A DNA stretch of 64,000 nt from Cycas panzhihuaensis (taxonomy: Eukaryota; Plantae; Cycadophyta): NCBI GenBank assembly GCA_023213395.1, contig CM041465.1, positions 139,383,741 to 139,447,740 on the forward strand, read 5' to 3'. The notes beneath the pieces are model-generated. The model saw only the letters and a program-made list of their open reading frames with translations, had not been told where the DNA came from and searched no databases. Of the stretch, positions 27,441 to 38,400 are shown piece after piece. Each line of letters starts with the position of its first letter. Within the stretch, counting starts at the first letter, position 1. The translations under genes were made by a program, and so were the position numbers.

Positions 27441-29858
27441 CTAAGCTATATGCATGTCCCTCTGCCTGCCCCGCCTCCCGGGTGCCATCTCTGGTCTCTG
27501 TGATCCCTCTCCTGGGGACCACATGCCTCCGAGGCTCCTCCACAGGCCTCTGCGAGCCGCCCGCCCGCTCTCCTCGTCCCTAGGTCATCTCGGGGTCGCC
27601 ACCGTGTGGGTCCGTGTCCTGCTCCGGCTCGACCTCGAGACCATCTGTGCGACTAGTTGATCGTATCTGGCCTGGATACGATCCCGCTCTCCCCGGAGAG
27701 CCTCCTCTGTCGTCCTGAGACGCTCTGTGATGATTATCAGCTGGGTCCTGCTCTCGTTGTCTCCGCCTGCACCACCCTGTGCCTCTAGAGCCTGCACCCA
27801 TCCTCGCAGCTCGTCTCTCTCGCGTCATCCCGCTCGCGCCTCGCGCTATCTCTCTCCTGCTGCAGCTGTCTCTGGGATGTCACATGCTCTTGGGACTCTG
27901 CAACCCATATGTCCCTCGCCCTTACCAACGGGGCGAATTCCTCTCTGTGGGCTCCTGCCGCTCTAGGCTCATCACCTGCCTGGATGGGCGGTTGCGCCTC
28001 TGCATATACCTGAGGGAATATCTCCCTCGCCACAGCCTCTACCAGCCTCCTAATCTCTGCTGCACCTGCCAATGCCACATGCCATATGTCAGTCTATATC
28101 CCATCATATATGCTATGATCAAACCAAGCCAAACTTCTATTTGGATGCTGAATGACTCTGGAGGAGGTTAGGTCTCACCTACTGTGGGCCCGGGTCCCTC
28201 GGTCGCAAGATCCTCTCCTCCTGGCTCTCCGCCAGCTGCAGGTGCCTCATCCTCGGGCACCTCCTCTGCCTGGGTCCCTCTCCTCGTGGGGGTGGCCCCA
28301 GCTCTCGTCCCTACGGATCCCATCACGATCCGTAGCCTCCGGGCCCTAGTCACGGGTCCCTTAACCTCATCCTGTGCTCCAGATGGGCTTGCCTCCTCCC
28401 AGCCGGATGGACCCCTCACGGCCCCGCCTCTGCAGGTCGTGACGGGCCGGCCCCGCTATCTCCACTGTCTCCATCATCCCCGTCATCACTGCTGTCATCT
28501 CCCGCGGGCACTCCTGCTCCGCCCGCCTCGTCATCGCTATCCCACCTCACCGTCCTGTAGGGCTCAGCTATATAGTCTGGGAGGGTGAGGAGGTCTAGTG
28601 ATGTGGCCTCCACCGAGCGTCTGACATGAGCTCTATCCTCTGTCCCCCTCAGTTGAGTCTGCCACCTGTGGACCATCGGGGCCTGCTCTGTAATGGGGTG
28701 TGGTCCCCCTGCTGGTGCCACTGCAGTGAAGTGATAAAAAAACTAACACTGTAGCAGTGTGCTGTAGGATAGCCCCCCTCTGCCGGATGTCCTGATAGTA
28801 TCCAGCTATGCAACCAGGTTCACCGCTATCAGGGCAGCCCAGTCCATCCTCTCGCTGGCTTCGCAGCGGCGAACTGCATCCATCCATCCTCCTGGTACTT
28901 CCCTATAGTTCTGTCTCTGGGAAATCCGGAACAGAATGCACAGTATGACCATCTTCCTCACTCAAGGAATCCCTGACAACAGAACTGTCTGGAGGAGTGC
29001 TCCCCTCCGGTCCCATCTGCCAGCCTCGTGAAAATGTAGCCGCCTCTGTGTCTTTGCCTGCAGGCCGGGGCGTCCCGAGTCTCACCGGCCTCCCTGTCGC
29101 CGGAACCCCCAGTATCCGCCGGATGTCCCTCGGTGTGACAGTCACATCCCCCACCTGTGGTAGGTGGAATACATGCCTCCTCCTGTCCCAATGGGACACT
29201 ATATCCACTAGCAACCTCTGGTCGGACGTGTGCTGAGGTGTCCTGAGGGCCTTATACAGGCCGCACCTCTCCAACATGTCCCTGTCCTCCTGAGTCGTCA
29301 TCTCCAGGCAACTCAGCATGGCCATACCAATGTTCTCGCGGTTATCTACCGTGAGGACAGCCTGTTCACACCAAAAAACACTTCAGGTCAGTCTCATGTT
29401 AGCTATTGTCCTCTCTCTCTCTCTTGAATCTCTCTCTGCCTGAGATTTGGGGCCCTTTTGGCCCTCATGCCTCTTTTACGCCTTTGCCAGATCAAGACCA
29501 AACTTAGCGACTGCTTAAGTTTGCACGGTCCCGCGGCGACGCCCGGCCAACCATGATCTTGCACCGCGATCATTCTTGCAGATGAATCAGCGACCAAAAG
29601 GGGGTTTTACCCAAAACAAAAAAAAGTTTCTTCTGGTGGACCCCGTGGGGCCCATCGGGACCAGGGCCCCCTAATGTCTAGGTCTCCGCCTCTTTCTGGG
29701 TCCTATTCAGATCCCGGGAAGCCTTCCGTTGCCCATAAGGGGCACTAAAACTATGCAAATCACTCTTAAAAAAACTTCAAAAACCTTCAAACTTTGAACT
29801 TTATTTTGGGTCAGGTTTAGTGATATCCACTCACTGGATCTGGTCTCGCTATCGCCAT
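27441..29858 (-). pseudogene. Antisense three-exon gene encoding a plant mobile domain (PMD/MAIN-like, PF10536-type), an acidic linker and a coiled-coil C-terminus
   Basis: Exon 1 29858-29835 (MAIARPDP), intron GTGAGT..TGAACAG 29834-29362 (phase 0), exon 2 29361-28179, intron GTGAGA..TGGCAG 28178-28066 (phase 1), exon 3 from 28065 to about 27441. PMD-like motifs 'LLVDIVSHWDRRRHVFHLPQVGDVTVTPRDIRRILGVPATGRPV' and 'MDWAALIAVNL...LLQC*FF'. About three frameshifts and several stops as assembled. Confidence 0.85.
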
Positions 29859-29988
29859 GTCGTCTAGTCGGTCGTGCTGGCTCTCTCTGCTCTCCGATCC
29901 GACGGCCCGAGCTCCCTCTGCGTGCCTCCAAAGTTGGGCGGCGCTCCGCTACGTAGGGAAATGGCTCTGGTTTCTCACGAGAGCCGGT

Positions 29989-30053
29989 GAAAATGAATTC
30001 ATTTTCTCGTCGATTTCCTTATATAAAGTGGGCCCCAACGGGCACTTCCTCCG
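29989..30053. promoter_or_regulatory. Candidate bidirectional internal promoter
   Basis: Palindromic TTATATAA (30019-30026); perfect 18-bp palindrome GAAAATGAATTCATTTTC (29989-30006) placing an Inr-like TCATTTT about 31 nt downstream on the minus strand; TGGGCC next to the TATA; homologous TATA and TGAATTTATTTTCACC at 4082-4123 in the old copy. Confidence 0.62.
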
Positions 30054-30542
30054 TTTTTGGTCCCGCGCCAGTCGTTGGGACCGTCTCGTCGCCTTGGTCG
30101 CCTTTGCCTTGGGCCTACCGCTGCCGACAGTTCGTCGATGCCCTTGCTGTCCGCCCTCGTGGGGGCATTTATGGTGCCTCGTTGTCGCATTTTTTTTGCC
30201 AGGGCCCCTTCTGCGCCGCTTTGCGCGCTGCTCCCGAGCCTACCCGAGTTTATACTCGTTTGGCTCGTTTCGCCGCCCCGGACTCATTTCCGTGGTCCTT
30301 TTCCGCTCCTGGGATCCCCAAAGGGAATGCCCCCGCCTGGGGGCATGTTTCGCTCCCTGGAGTGACCTTTTGGCATCCCAGGAGGGTTTTCCCTTCCGAC
30401 CACTCTCCGCGGGTGATCGGATGGCTTGTCCTCGCCCTGGGTAACCTCATTGCTAGGTCCTCCTACCCTTCACGGCCACTCTGTGTTTGCCTTTCGAGTA
30501 TTGCTTTCACCCCCCATTGACTGCTTGGATTCTGTGTCGCCG

Positions 30543-30966
30543 ATGTCTGTCTACATCTTTACCGACGGCGGAAGCCGCGGTAACCCTGGACCTTCTGCTG
30601 CTGCATGGATTCTCTGCAGCCCGTCTGGACATGATCTCCTCCGCTCTGGGATCTTCCTCCCAGAGGCTACCAACAACGAAGCCGAGTATACAGCTGTTAT
30701 CGAAGCCCTTACCGATGCTCTCCGTTTTCACCATGGACCCATTGTTTTGCTTTGCGACTCTCAAGTTGTGGTGTCTCATCTCACCCAGGTTTACCAGGTG
30801 CGATGCCCTCACTTGAGGACTCTTGCTTCTGCCGCCAAATCCCTCCTGGCCAATTTTTTCTTCTGTTGATATCTAGCATATCCCTCAGGCCCTCAACGCT
30901 GAGGCAGATAGTCTTGTTCACCTCATCCTTGAGCGCTGCCTTTCTCTCCTTGCCGACCGCCCCTGA
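30543..30966 (+). pseudogene. Stand-alone archaeal/bacterial-type ribonuclease HI (aRH) ORF; frame may originally extend to 31272
   Basis: 'IFTDGGSRGNPGP', 'ATNNEAEY', 'CDSQVV', then, after a 1-nt frameshift in the T-run at 30854-30859 and a TAG at 30874-30876, 'HIPQALNAEADSL'. All four acidic catalytic positions are recognisable. Confidence 0.92.
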
Positions 30967-31359
30967 GGCTTGCCTGGCCTTCCCGTCGCCCAAGCCCCAG
31001 GTCGTCTGCCACTTCGCTTCGCGATCTGCTCGCACCTCCGAAACTGGGTTACTAATGAGGTAAAACTATGGTACCCACTATTTGCTCTCTATGTGACCAT
31101 GCATGCTCCTTTGCATTCATTGTGGTGGGGGCAGCCCCCTCGCCTGACTCTTTCTTCCGCCCGGTTCCTGGTGGCTCATAGCGGCCCTATGTTGTCTCCA
31201 CCACCGCCAGATCCACGCTGCCCGCCACGACACTCGCCCAAGACCCTTGCCTACTGTTATGATCTTGATTGATATATCTATATACACATATGCTACTGAC
31301 AGTTGTGTTGCCAGCATTCGCCATCGCACCAGGCTTCCGAGCCGTGAGGCTCTACTGCC

Positions 31360-31369
31360 AAGGGGGCAG
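31360..31369 (+). other. Polypurine tract AAGGGGGCAG
   Basis: Immediately upstream of the 3' LTR TG. Confidence 0.88.
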
Positions 31370-33935
31370 TGTTTCCTGGCTTCCGGGAATGGATACGGAA
31401 TCACCGACTCAGGTAAGTGCAGGTATGTCTCTAGCATTATCATCACTATTATTTACTAATTGTTTGCTTGCGTACCCGCATGTGTATGACTTTGTGGGCG
31501 GCCTGGTAGCCGTCCACACCTATTTTTAGCCTATGACCACTATAGCAGGGGCACACTCCTAGCAAGTGTGGCACCCTGGTGTCCATATTGCTTCCCGCAT
31601 CTGCCCTCCTCGCTCCTGGATCCACTAGGTTCGCGCCACCTCCACCCGTGTGATGTCTCATCGTCGTTTGGTTAGCTTGCCACCTCATTTGGGCTCCTAT
31701 TTCTGCTCCCGTGGGCCTGTTTGTTGGCTTGTTTGCTCCCGGGTGGGTGTCCTGGTTATCCATTAGCCCTTTCTACTGCCCCGCCTCACTGGGTGGTTGG
31801 TGGGCCCCATTTGTCGCTCGGTGTGTGTATCGGGGAATTTTCGCCATCACGGAATATCCGCCAGATCGCTAAAGTTTCAAAGAAGACGACTGCCTCGCTT
31901 GTTTTTAAAATCCAGGTGGCAATTTCGATTTATCAAAAGCGCCACGTGGTTCGCGCCTTTTCTCTCTTCCAGCTGTGCCCTAATCGTACGCTTTAGGGTT
32001 TTGCTTTAGTACTTAAACACTTTTTGGCTCATTCTCAAGGATCTTTTTGCTCACTTTTGGATTGACTCTCAGGAAAAACACTCTCCCGCCTCCTCATCTC
32101 ATCTGCTCACTACAACCGACCTCACTCTTCATACAAGGCCCGACTCTCCTTTGGCTTGGCCGAGACATTCTCCCCCTCAAACGCCTTGGAGAGGGCTCCT
32201 TTGAAGCGGTTTCCACTGCTTTCTACCCAGTGCATCCACGAGCTCCCGCTTGGTGTGTTTCTCGTCCCGTCTCCGTAGCAGGGTCTCTAGCCTGCTCTAT
32301 TCCAGATCTGGGCTGTTCTTTCAGCCCTCCTTCGCTGTCCTTTGGCTGAGGCAAATCCCTTGCCTCCCCTTCCCAGGTATTCTTCACTTTGTATTGGTTT
32401 TTTTTGTGATATTTATACTTCAGCTCATTTGTTCCTATTTGTGGCTTGAGAGTTGGTTTTCCTCCCTCTTGAGGACTGCTGTACCACTCTCCCGTGCTTC
32501 TTGCCTGCGTTTGCTGTCCAAGGCAGCGGCGTGAGGGGTTGCATAGGCTTTGGAAGAGGAGTTGGGTGGATTTCGTACCACCTTCCACGCTCCCCAAGTG
32601 GCTCTAAGCCCTCCAAAGCCTCCCTCTCGCCTCGTGCTGCCCTTGGCTCCCAAACGAGGGTTTGAAGGCTCCCGTGGGTTGCCCAAACCAGCGCTGTCAC
32701 AAGTTGCAGCGCTGATTTGGGACCCTTCATTCAGATTTGGGTGCCTTCCATAGGTCCCAACCGCGGGTCCTTGCTTTGCCTTTGCTCCCCGGTCACCCGG
32801 TTTGCTCCCCATAGCATCCCGGTACCCCGTGGGTATCCTTGGGTCTCTCTTGCCCTTGTTGCAGCCGTTTTCCAGCCTTGGTTCTTGACTTTCTCCTCAC
32901 TGCCTCGTGGCTTTTGGGGGGAGGTTTGGGCACCATTTGCAGGAGGTAGGTCACTCCGAGGCTTGCCTTGTTGTTTCCTTTTACTTGGGTCATTTTCCTT
33001 TGGTGTTTTCCTTATTGGACTCACACTAACGCATATATATTTAGGCTCTTGTTTATGTTGCTAGACCTATATTGTTAGATCTTCGTGTCGCATGTTAGCC
33101 CTCTTCTTTCGGGAAGAGGGAGACCCTTTGTTGCTTGCAGGTACCTGAGACGCGCGGAGAACGTTGCCCGTTGGCCTCTCTACCGGTAAGTGCTCTTGCA
33201 TGTGTCATGCTTTATGCTATTTCATTTACTAGCTAGCGTTTCCTTCTTTCCTTTGGTATCGCATTTACTTTCCGGGGAAGGTAAGGAAGCCCCTTCGCCT
33301 GTCCGCATCTCGCTCCCGGTACGTCGCGCGAAGTGGTTGAGTGTTCCTCGCGAAGGTCACGTCGTCTCGCACGCCTTCGGCCCAGGTGCACACTTCATTC
33401 CTCTTCGCTCCCCTTGATTTTTCCTTTTATTCCTTCCTTAGTAATTAAGACATTGAAAGATTAAAAGGGAAATTGCTTTTGTATTTGTTCACGATTTGTT
33501 TGCCTTACTGCATGCACCTTTTGTTATTCGTTGGAAAGGTTGTAGGAGTTCTTCCCCCTTTTACCTTTCCTTCCTCCTCCTTAACCGTACGAGTGCCCTG
33601 CTTCCCGCATCGCTCATACACCCGGTTAGGTTGCATAGGTTTGCCCTTGGCCTATCTCTATTAGGGTCTGTCTCTCTCCCTTCTGGCCATCCAAGGGTGG
33701 GAGGGTCCTACTTCCAGGCCAACCCCGGTTCGTCCTGCGTACCTTCACCCCTTGCTTAAGGTGGCAAAGGGTCACCCAATAGTAGCTATACTCCATTGCA
33801 GATCCCGAACTCGCGCTCCCAAGACGGGCGCCTCAATGGTAGTTGCTTGCCTTATAGGTTCCACTTCCTATCATTTCATCGTTTTCTCTCCCTCGCACCT
33901 ATCAGTCAGGTGGTTATCCCGTAGCAGCACGTCCA
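31370..33935 (+). repeat. 3' LTR (2566 bp)
   Basis: TGTTTC...GTCCA followed by TSD GAATA. Confidence 0.96.
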
Positions 33936-34329
33936 GAATAATTAAATACATTCTATTTATCCTATTTTGGACCACCATGGAAGTTTTATAAATAATGCTT
34001 TTAATATTGTAGAAGAATCTAGGACCTATTATAAGAATAGAAATAAGAATCATATAATAGTGACTTGTAGTAAGGTCATGGAGCTAAATAACCAATTCAC
34101 TTAGTGTTAATAAATCCTTTGGAGTCTTTGTTAATCATGTAATATAAGATACTTGATCATTTATTTATATTCCATTCTATTTATACTTTTCATATTATTA
34201 TTAGTTTTAGATAAATTAATGTATTAATACAATTTATCAATTATTATTCTACATTTTTGTTATGTACATACATATGTTTTTTTATTTTTATTTATTTATT
34301 TTGTTTTGTGTGCTCATGAGAGAGAGAGG

Positions 34330-35010
34330 TATTTAGATATAGGTCAAAATCAAAACTTGCAAGAAACCTAAGGTAACTAATATAGTTAAGTAAGTTAACT
34401 AAGCATTAAAGTTAAGATAAGCTAGAAAGAAATTTAGATTTAAAAAATAAGGAATGTAACTGAAATCAACTAGTACAGTAAGCAGTGTTTCGATTTAAAA
34501 GTAATAGGTATTAGATAGTAATTATGGCTATGGACAAGTTTTATGGCAAGCCAAAACTTAGGTAATGAAATAAATTTATGAATATTTAAATTAGTTATAG
34601 GGATAAAAGAAATTCAAATTCAAAAAATAAGCTCATTTTACTCTCAAAGAGTATAGAATAGGAGAGAACATCTCTAAATAATAAATTTGATGATAATGGT
34701 ATTTTATATACCACTATTTAAATACTAATATGTGTCATTTAGTATATGTTGACTCCTTTGTCATGGTGGGTCTACAACATGCCCTTCCCTTTCAAGAGAA
34801 ACACTATACCCACAAAGCTCAAGATAGTGATCAACAAACTCTTAGGACTACCAAGTCACATCCTCTAATAACAATCCCTTCTACTTAATGAGGTATCCTA
34901 TCATTATTTTGGATCAAAGTCTCTTACGTCATATCTCAAGGATGATCTATGGTTCTAATTGTAGAAGTTTAAAGCATGGAGTAAACTATGTGAGAAGCAT
35001 AGACCAATGC
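34330..35010 (-). mobile_element. 3'-end fragment of a chromovirus-type Ty3/gypsy (chromodomain remnant, PPT, start of LTR at 34779)
   Basis: Minus strand 'K*KGLLLEDVTW' at about 34850-34890, then GAAAGGGAAGGG and TGTTGTAG. Left boundary uncertain. Confidence 0.55.
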
Positions 35011-35039
35011 TACTTAGACCAAAAGGATTTGACTAAATT

Positions 35040-35405
35040 ACGAATAACATCTCATTCTCATAAAATCTTTTTTGTTTATAATACATGATAAGCACTTATG
35101 TAAAATCCTAAAAGGAATATTAATTTCCTTATGATTGACACATTTAAGGTGGGTGGTGTAACCCCCAATGACACACCAAACTCACATTCTAAAGAATTAA
35201 TAATCATTAGAATATAATAATAAAGTGGAGAGGCTAAAAACCTAAGTTATGAGAAACATAACCATTAATTATTAACACTCCCTAGTAATTTTTATTACAT
35301 TTACTCTAACATATAAATCATCATTGAAAGTCTAAAAGGGGTAAATGTTAGTGGTTTGGTAAAGATATTAACTAATTGTTCTCCTATAAAACCTCTTTAA
35401 TTTGA
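35040..35405 (-). mobile_element. 3'-end fragment of a Ty1/copia element (RNase H C-terminus, PPT, LTR start near 35277)
   Basis: Minus strand 'EQLVNIFTKPL', then AGGGAG and TGTTAA. Left boundary uncertain. Confidence 0.55.
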
Positions 35406-38400
35406 AACTAATAAGCTTTAGGTAGTATTCTGGGATGACAATGGTCCATTTTCCTATTCTCCCTATTAAGTCAGACTAGGCCATCAAATAACACAATGGG
35501 CCTAATTGAACTATAATATGTGTAGTATTACCAAGGAGTTAATGTTGTAGATTCTTCATGGTAAACACCAATACTAGGCATTCCTTCTTAGCTGGGGGAT
35601 AGTTTAACTTAGCCATTATGAGAGTACAACTTATGAAGTAGATGACTCTTTCAACCTTAAAGTTGTCTTCTTAAGCAAATATGACACCAACAGATTCATC
35701 AATGGTTAAGGTATAAAGGATAAAGGGTTAATCAAATAAAGGGGGGCCAAAATGGGGGCTAAAATGAGAGCTTTCCTAAGCTCTTGAAAGACCACTTGGG
35801 CTCTAGCGGTTCTCTTTTTAAACAAGTTAGTTAGTGGTTTTTCATTGATAATGAAATCTGCCAAAAAGTGTTGTAAGAAACATAATTACCTAAAAAATGA
35901 CTAGATTTATCATTGCATCTTAGGGGGAAATGTCTTAATTATGGCTTTGAACTTATTTGGTTCAACATTGATTCCTTCTTATGATATGAGGAATCCTAAA
36001 AGTTTGCTAATTATCACTGCAAAGACATATTTAATCAGATTTAGGCTAACATGGTATTTGTCACACCTAGTGAAAATATTCCTTAGGTCTACAAGGTGAT
36101 TGGCCCTCTTATGGGAAAGGCCTATTAGGTCATCCATAAAGACCCTAAGAATCTTATTAATAAGGTCATGAAATATGAATCACATGTCCCTATAATAAGT
36201 TACCCTAGTATTCTTTAAGCCAAAGGGTATTGCGTTATATGCAAATGTTCCCTAAGGAGTGGTAAAATGCCATTTTGTGGTGATCCTCGAGGGATATTTA
36301 GATTTGATTATATCTAGAGAAGCTATCCATTAAGGACATGACCTCAAATCCTATTGTATGATCAATAATTTAATTGATAAATAATAATAAGAAGTTGTCT
36401 TTAGGACATGCATTATTGATATCCTTAAAGTCAATATAAATCCATATGGTCTCATTCCTTTTAGCAACCAGAACTATGTTGGACACCCACTTCAAGTAGT
36501 CAATAAAAGTGATGAGACCCATATTATGTAGCTTCTCCACTTCCATCTTGACCATGGCTAATATTTTAAGGAATAATAGATGTTATTTTTGTTGGACGGG
36601 TCGAGCATCTAGAACTATTGTAAGATTATAGGTGATAATATTAGGGTTAATGTCCTTCATATCAAAGTAGTCCCATGCAAACACATCATGAAACTAATGG
36701 TAGAGTTTTGTATACTCCTTAACCTCCTAATATGAGTATTCGACACCAATCTTGATGATCTTATCAAGGGAAAGGATAACATCCTTATCCATCCCCACAC
36801 ACAAGACATTCCCTTCTTAAAAGTAAGGGGGAGCTTGGTTAATAGGTAGATCATGTGGGATGATTACTTTGTTAGGATCAACTAAGGAAGAATTGATGGA
36901 TAAACACTTACAGAAACCCAGCTTGTGATGATTGAAATGTAATTTAGGTAAGGACCCTATTAAATGCTCTAATAATGCCTCATCATTCTCAAAGCAATCT
37001 ATCGTATATATAGTCTTACTAGTAAGAGGTTATAGAGGTGTAATAGGTTAATAGTGATCAAACAACTAATCTACATAATAAGGTAATACCTCTAATAATT
37101 TAGAGTGCACTCTCATTATAAGCCTTCTCTTTGTTTGGGCTAGAGAATGTCAAGGGGGTTTAGGGTTGCAGATGATGGACTCATCATGAGAGGAGATGGA
37201 TTATAAATCTTTTTTATTATCACATATTAATAGGGATTGGCTAGGTCCTTTGGACAAGGGATTGTGTGCTAATTGGTTTCCTATATACCTAAGCAAGTTA
37301 ATGGTGCATGGTAGGTGGGGTAAGATTGAAGGGGAGTCTAACACATATCCTAAAGATCTGTCATCTCCACCCCAGGGGATCCTCCCTTAGAATGTGGCTT
37401 GGATCAAAGGAAGGGTGGGATGCCCCCCAAGCACATCTTTAGAAGAAGTTGGACTCACTCAATCGAGGTGCCTATTATATATGATTTGGGATGAATGGTA
37501 AGCCATCCATGCCCTAAGGTAAGGGGATTCCTATCTTAGAGGGAAAGTGGGTGATTATAATGGGGAAACACTTAAAGCATATGAATTTGGGCCAAATTGA
37601 GGAGGGTGTCAATTAGTAATAATTGAGGGGTGTCAATTTGTAATAATTCCCTTCTTGTAATGTTGAGGAAGGAAACTTGATGTGGCGGTTCCTCATACCT
37701 ATCGTTAGACTCCTTATTACTAAGAATGACTAGAAAGTCATAACTCCCAACCCTGATGGGAGAAAAGTGTATAAGGTTCAATTAAGAGGGAGGAACTCCT
37801 TCCCTTTCATAGGGTACTTCATCCTCAAGAACCCCATGATAGATGGATCGAAGGGATCTTCCTCCCTATCTATGGCTCTAAAAATTGCTTGGCATGGTTG
37901 GTGAGATGGGTACATAAGTGGTGGCTCTTAAGTAACAAATTTATTTTTCCCTTGGTGGATAAATTTAAGTTGGCCTTATCATAAAGAGTAAACTGCTTCC
38001 ATTTGGTCTAACCAAGGCTGACCCAATAAGATGTTATAACTGGGATCAATGTCTAAGACAATGATGTTTGTTCATATGGCTTTATCTTAGAGGGAAAGAG
38101 GGAGGGTCACTATCCCCAAGGGTACCTTCTTACTCCTATCATACCCTTTGCATCTCCAAGGGATGGGTTTTAGGGCCTCTATGCCCAACTTTCCTAACAT
38201 ACACACTAGCATAGCATTAACTAAGGAATTGTTATCTACAATAGTCCTCTTTAGGGCAAAGTTAGGCATCTTAATTATAATTATGAAAGGATAGTACCAA
38301 TGGAGTTTCCTATCCTTAGTCGATGGGAGGTCATGAGGGTCAAATATAATGAGAGTGGACCTTCATGATGAAGAAGTACCTATGGTATAGATGGGTGTAT

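Larger units (their letters stand above)
17388..33935 (+). mobile_element. Young full-length Ty3/gypsy LTR retrotransposon, Tat group (16548 bp)
   Basis: Paired TG..CA LTRs, perfect TSD GAATA (17383-17387 and 33936-33940), PBS, PPT, gag-PR-RT-RH-INT order, CHHC knuckle and VDNGSS protease motif typical of Tat elements; GC-rich compared with its AT-rich flanks. Confidence 0.97.

Noticed and set aside
27441-29858. PMD gene as a host gene or an env-like gene
   Set aside because: It lies between the paired LTRs and recurs at the same place in an older copy. It is antisense, with no evident signal peptide or transmembrane anchor.
29857-30520. ORFs of 195 aa and 177 aa upstream of the aRH
   Set aside because: Low-complexity GC-rich promoter or leader sequence; they overlap the TATA region and have no domain signature.
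30543-30966. Bacterial contamination explaining the RNase HI and the GC-rich block
   Set aside because: The ORF lies between integrase and the PPT of an element with matched LTRs and a perfect TSD.
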